64,000 bases of DNA from contig JBJTQJ010000108.1 of NCBI GenBank assembly GCA_046075565.1, positions 64,001 through 128,000 on the forward strand, in the 5' to 3' direction. This document shows positions 63,394 to 64,000 of the stretch, in pieces. The DNA comes from Verrucomicrobiales bacterium. Its GTDB lineage: Bacteria; Verrucomicrobiota; Verrucomicrobiia; Verrucomicrobiales; SLCJ01. Every line of letters starts with the position of its first letter. Position 1 is the first letter of the stretch. The notes beneath the pieces are model-generated. The model did not search any database, was not told where the DNA came from, and worked only from the letters and a program-made list of their open reading frames with translations. A program made the position numbers and the translations under genes.

Positions 63394-64000
63394 TCAAGCC
63401 TCGGGGGCAGCGGAGCGGGCGAGAATGGCGGCGGCCTCTTCCTGGCCGAGGCCGAGAATGTCCGCGAGATCCTCGGGAAGGCAGGTCGCGAGCACGTCCA
63501 TCGAGGTAATTCCGCTCCGTACGAGGGATTCGGCCTGTTCGGGGGTGATACCGAGTTTGCGGGAGAACTCTCCGGCCACATCTCCGATCTTCCCGACGAA
63601 GGCTTGGTGTTTGGTCTCATCCTTCATCACCTGGACATCCCAGCCGATGAGCCTTGAGGTCAGGCGGGCGTTCCGACCACGGAGCCCGATGGCCTTGGAG
63701 AGTTCTTCCTCCTGGACCCGGACTTCAATGCGATGCTCGGCTTCGATGATGGTGATTTTGTCCTCGCCGACCACGGCCGGCTTGAGCGCGTCGATCACGA
63801 ATTGCTTGAGGTTGTCGGTCCAGCGGATAATGTCCACCTTCTCGTTATTCAGTTCGCGCACGATGTTCTTCACCCGCGCTCCACGGAGACCGACGCAGGC
63901 CCCGACGGGGTCCACTTTCGGGTCGGGAGACCACACGGCAAGTTTGGTGCGATAGCCGGCTTCCCGGGCAATCGAGCGGATTTCCACGGTGCGGTCGGCG
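63394..64000 (-). CDS. nusA: Transcription factor NusA; 5' end outside the window
   Basis: AREAGYRTK, DPVGACVG.RG.RV, ELNNEKVDI, AIG.RG.NARL; upstream of infB. Confidence 0.96.
   Translation of the reverse strand, partial: ADRTVEIRSIAREAGYRTKLAVWSPDPKVDPVGACVGLRGARVKNIVRELNNEKVDIIRWTDNLKQFVIDALKPAVVGEDKITIIEAEHRIEVRVQEEELSKAIGLRGRNARLTSRLIGWDVQVMKDETKHQAFVGKIGDVAGEFSRKLGITPEQAESLVRSGITSMDVLATCLPEDLADILGLGQEEAAAILARSAAPEA

Overview
A GC-rich bacterial chromosome segment whose gene content points to Verrucomicrobia (Luteolibacter/Haloferula-like; this is inferred from protein families, not from a search). The left part (1-38.2 kb) is largely accessory. It holds an MnmM-type methyltransferase coupled to an FAD oxidoreductase, a broken XylR-type regulator, prmA, an ECF sigma/FecR pair divergent from a large PilX-like pilin-cassette gene, and PolX-PHP. 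It also holds a glycan locus with no SusCD: two GH110-like beta-helix proteins, two sulfatases, XylR, an MFS transporter, an H-X9-DG prepilin and PhoD. MscS, ygfA, dusB, a secreted NxxGxxAF-repeat protein and a Ser/Thr kinase-ECF sigma pair follow. The right part (38.2-64 kb) is intact and mostly housekeeping: cutA, a PAS histidine kinase with a sigma54 regulator, a GT-C glycosyltransferase, xseB-dxs-ispD, bcp, an hslO-like gene, xerD, carB, a DAACS transporter, an ACT protein, glgC and nusA-infB-rbfA-nrnA-truB-ribF. Most notable: (1) a 40-bp operator-like motif (36/40 identical) lies upstream of both the glycan operon and the H-X9-DG pilin gene; (2) the kinase carries a pilin-like H-X9-DG-type domain plus HEAT repeats and is coupled to an ECF sigma; (3) six inactivating lesions occur, all in accessory genes; (4) two REP families sit at convergent gene ends. 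I recognised no rRNA, tRNA, CRISPR array, transposase or prophage. All assignments come from motif recognition by eye.
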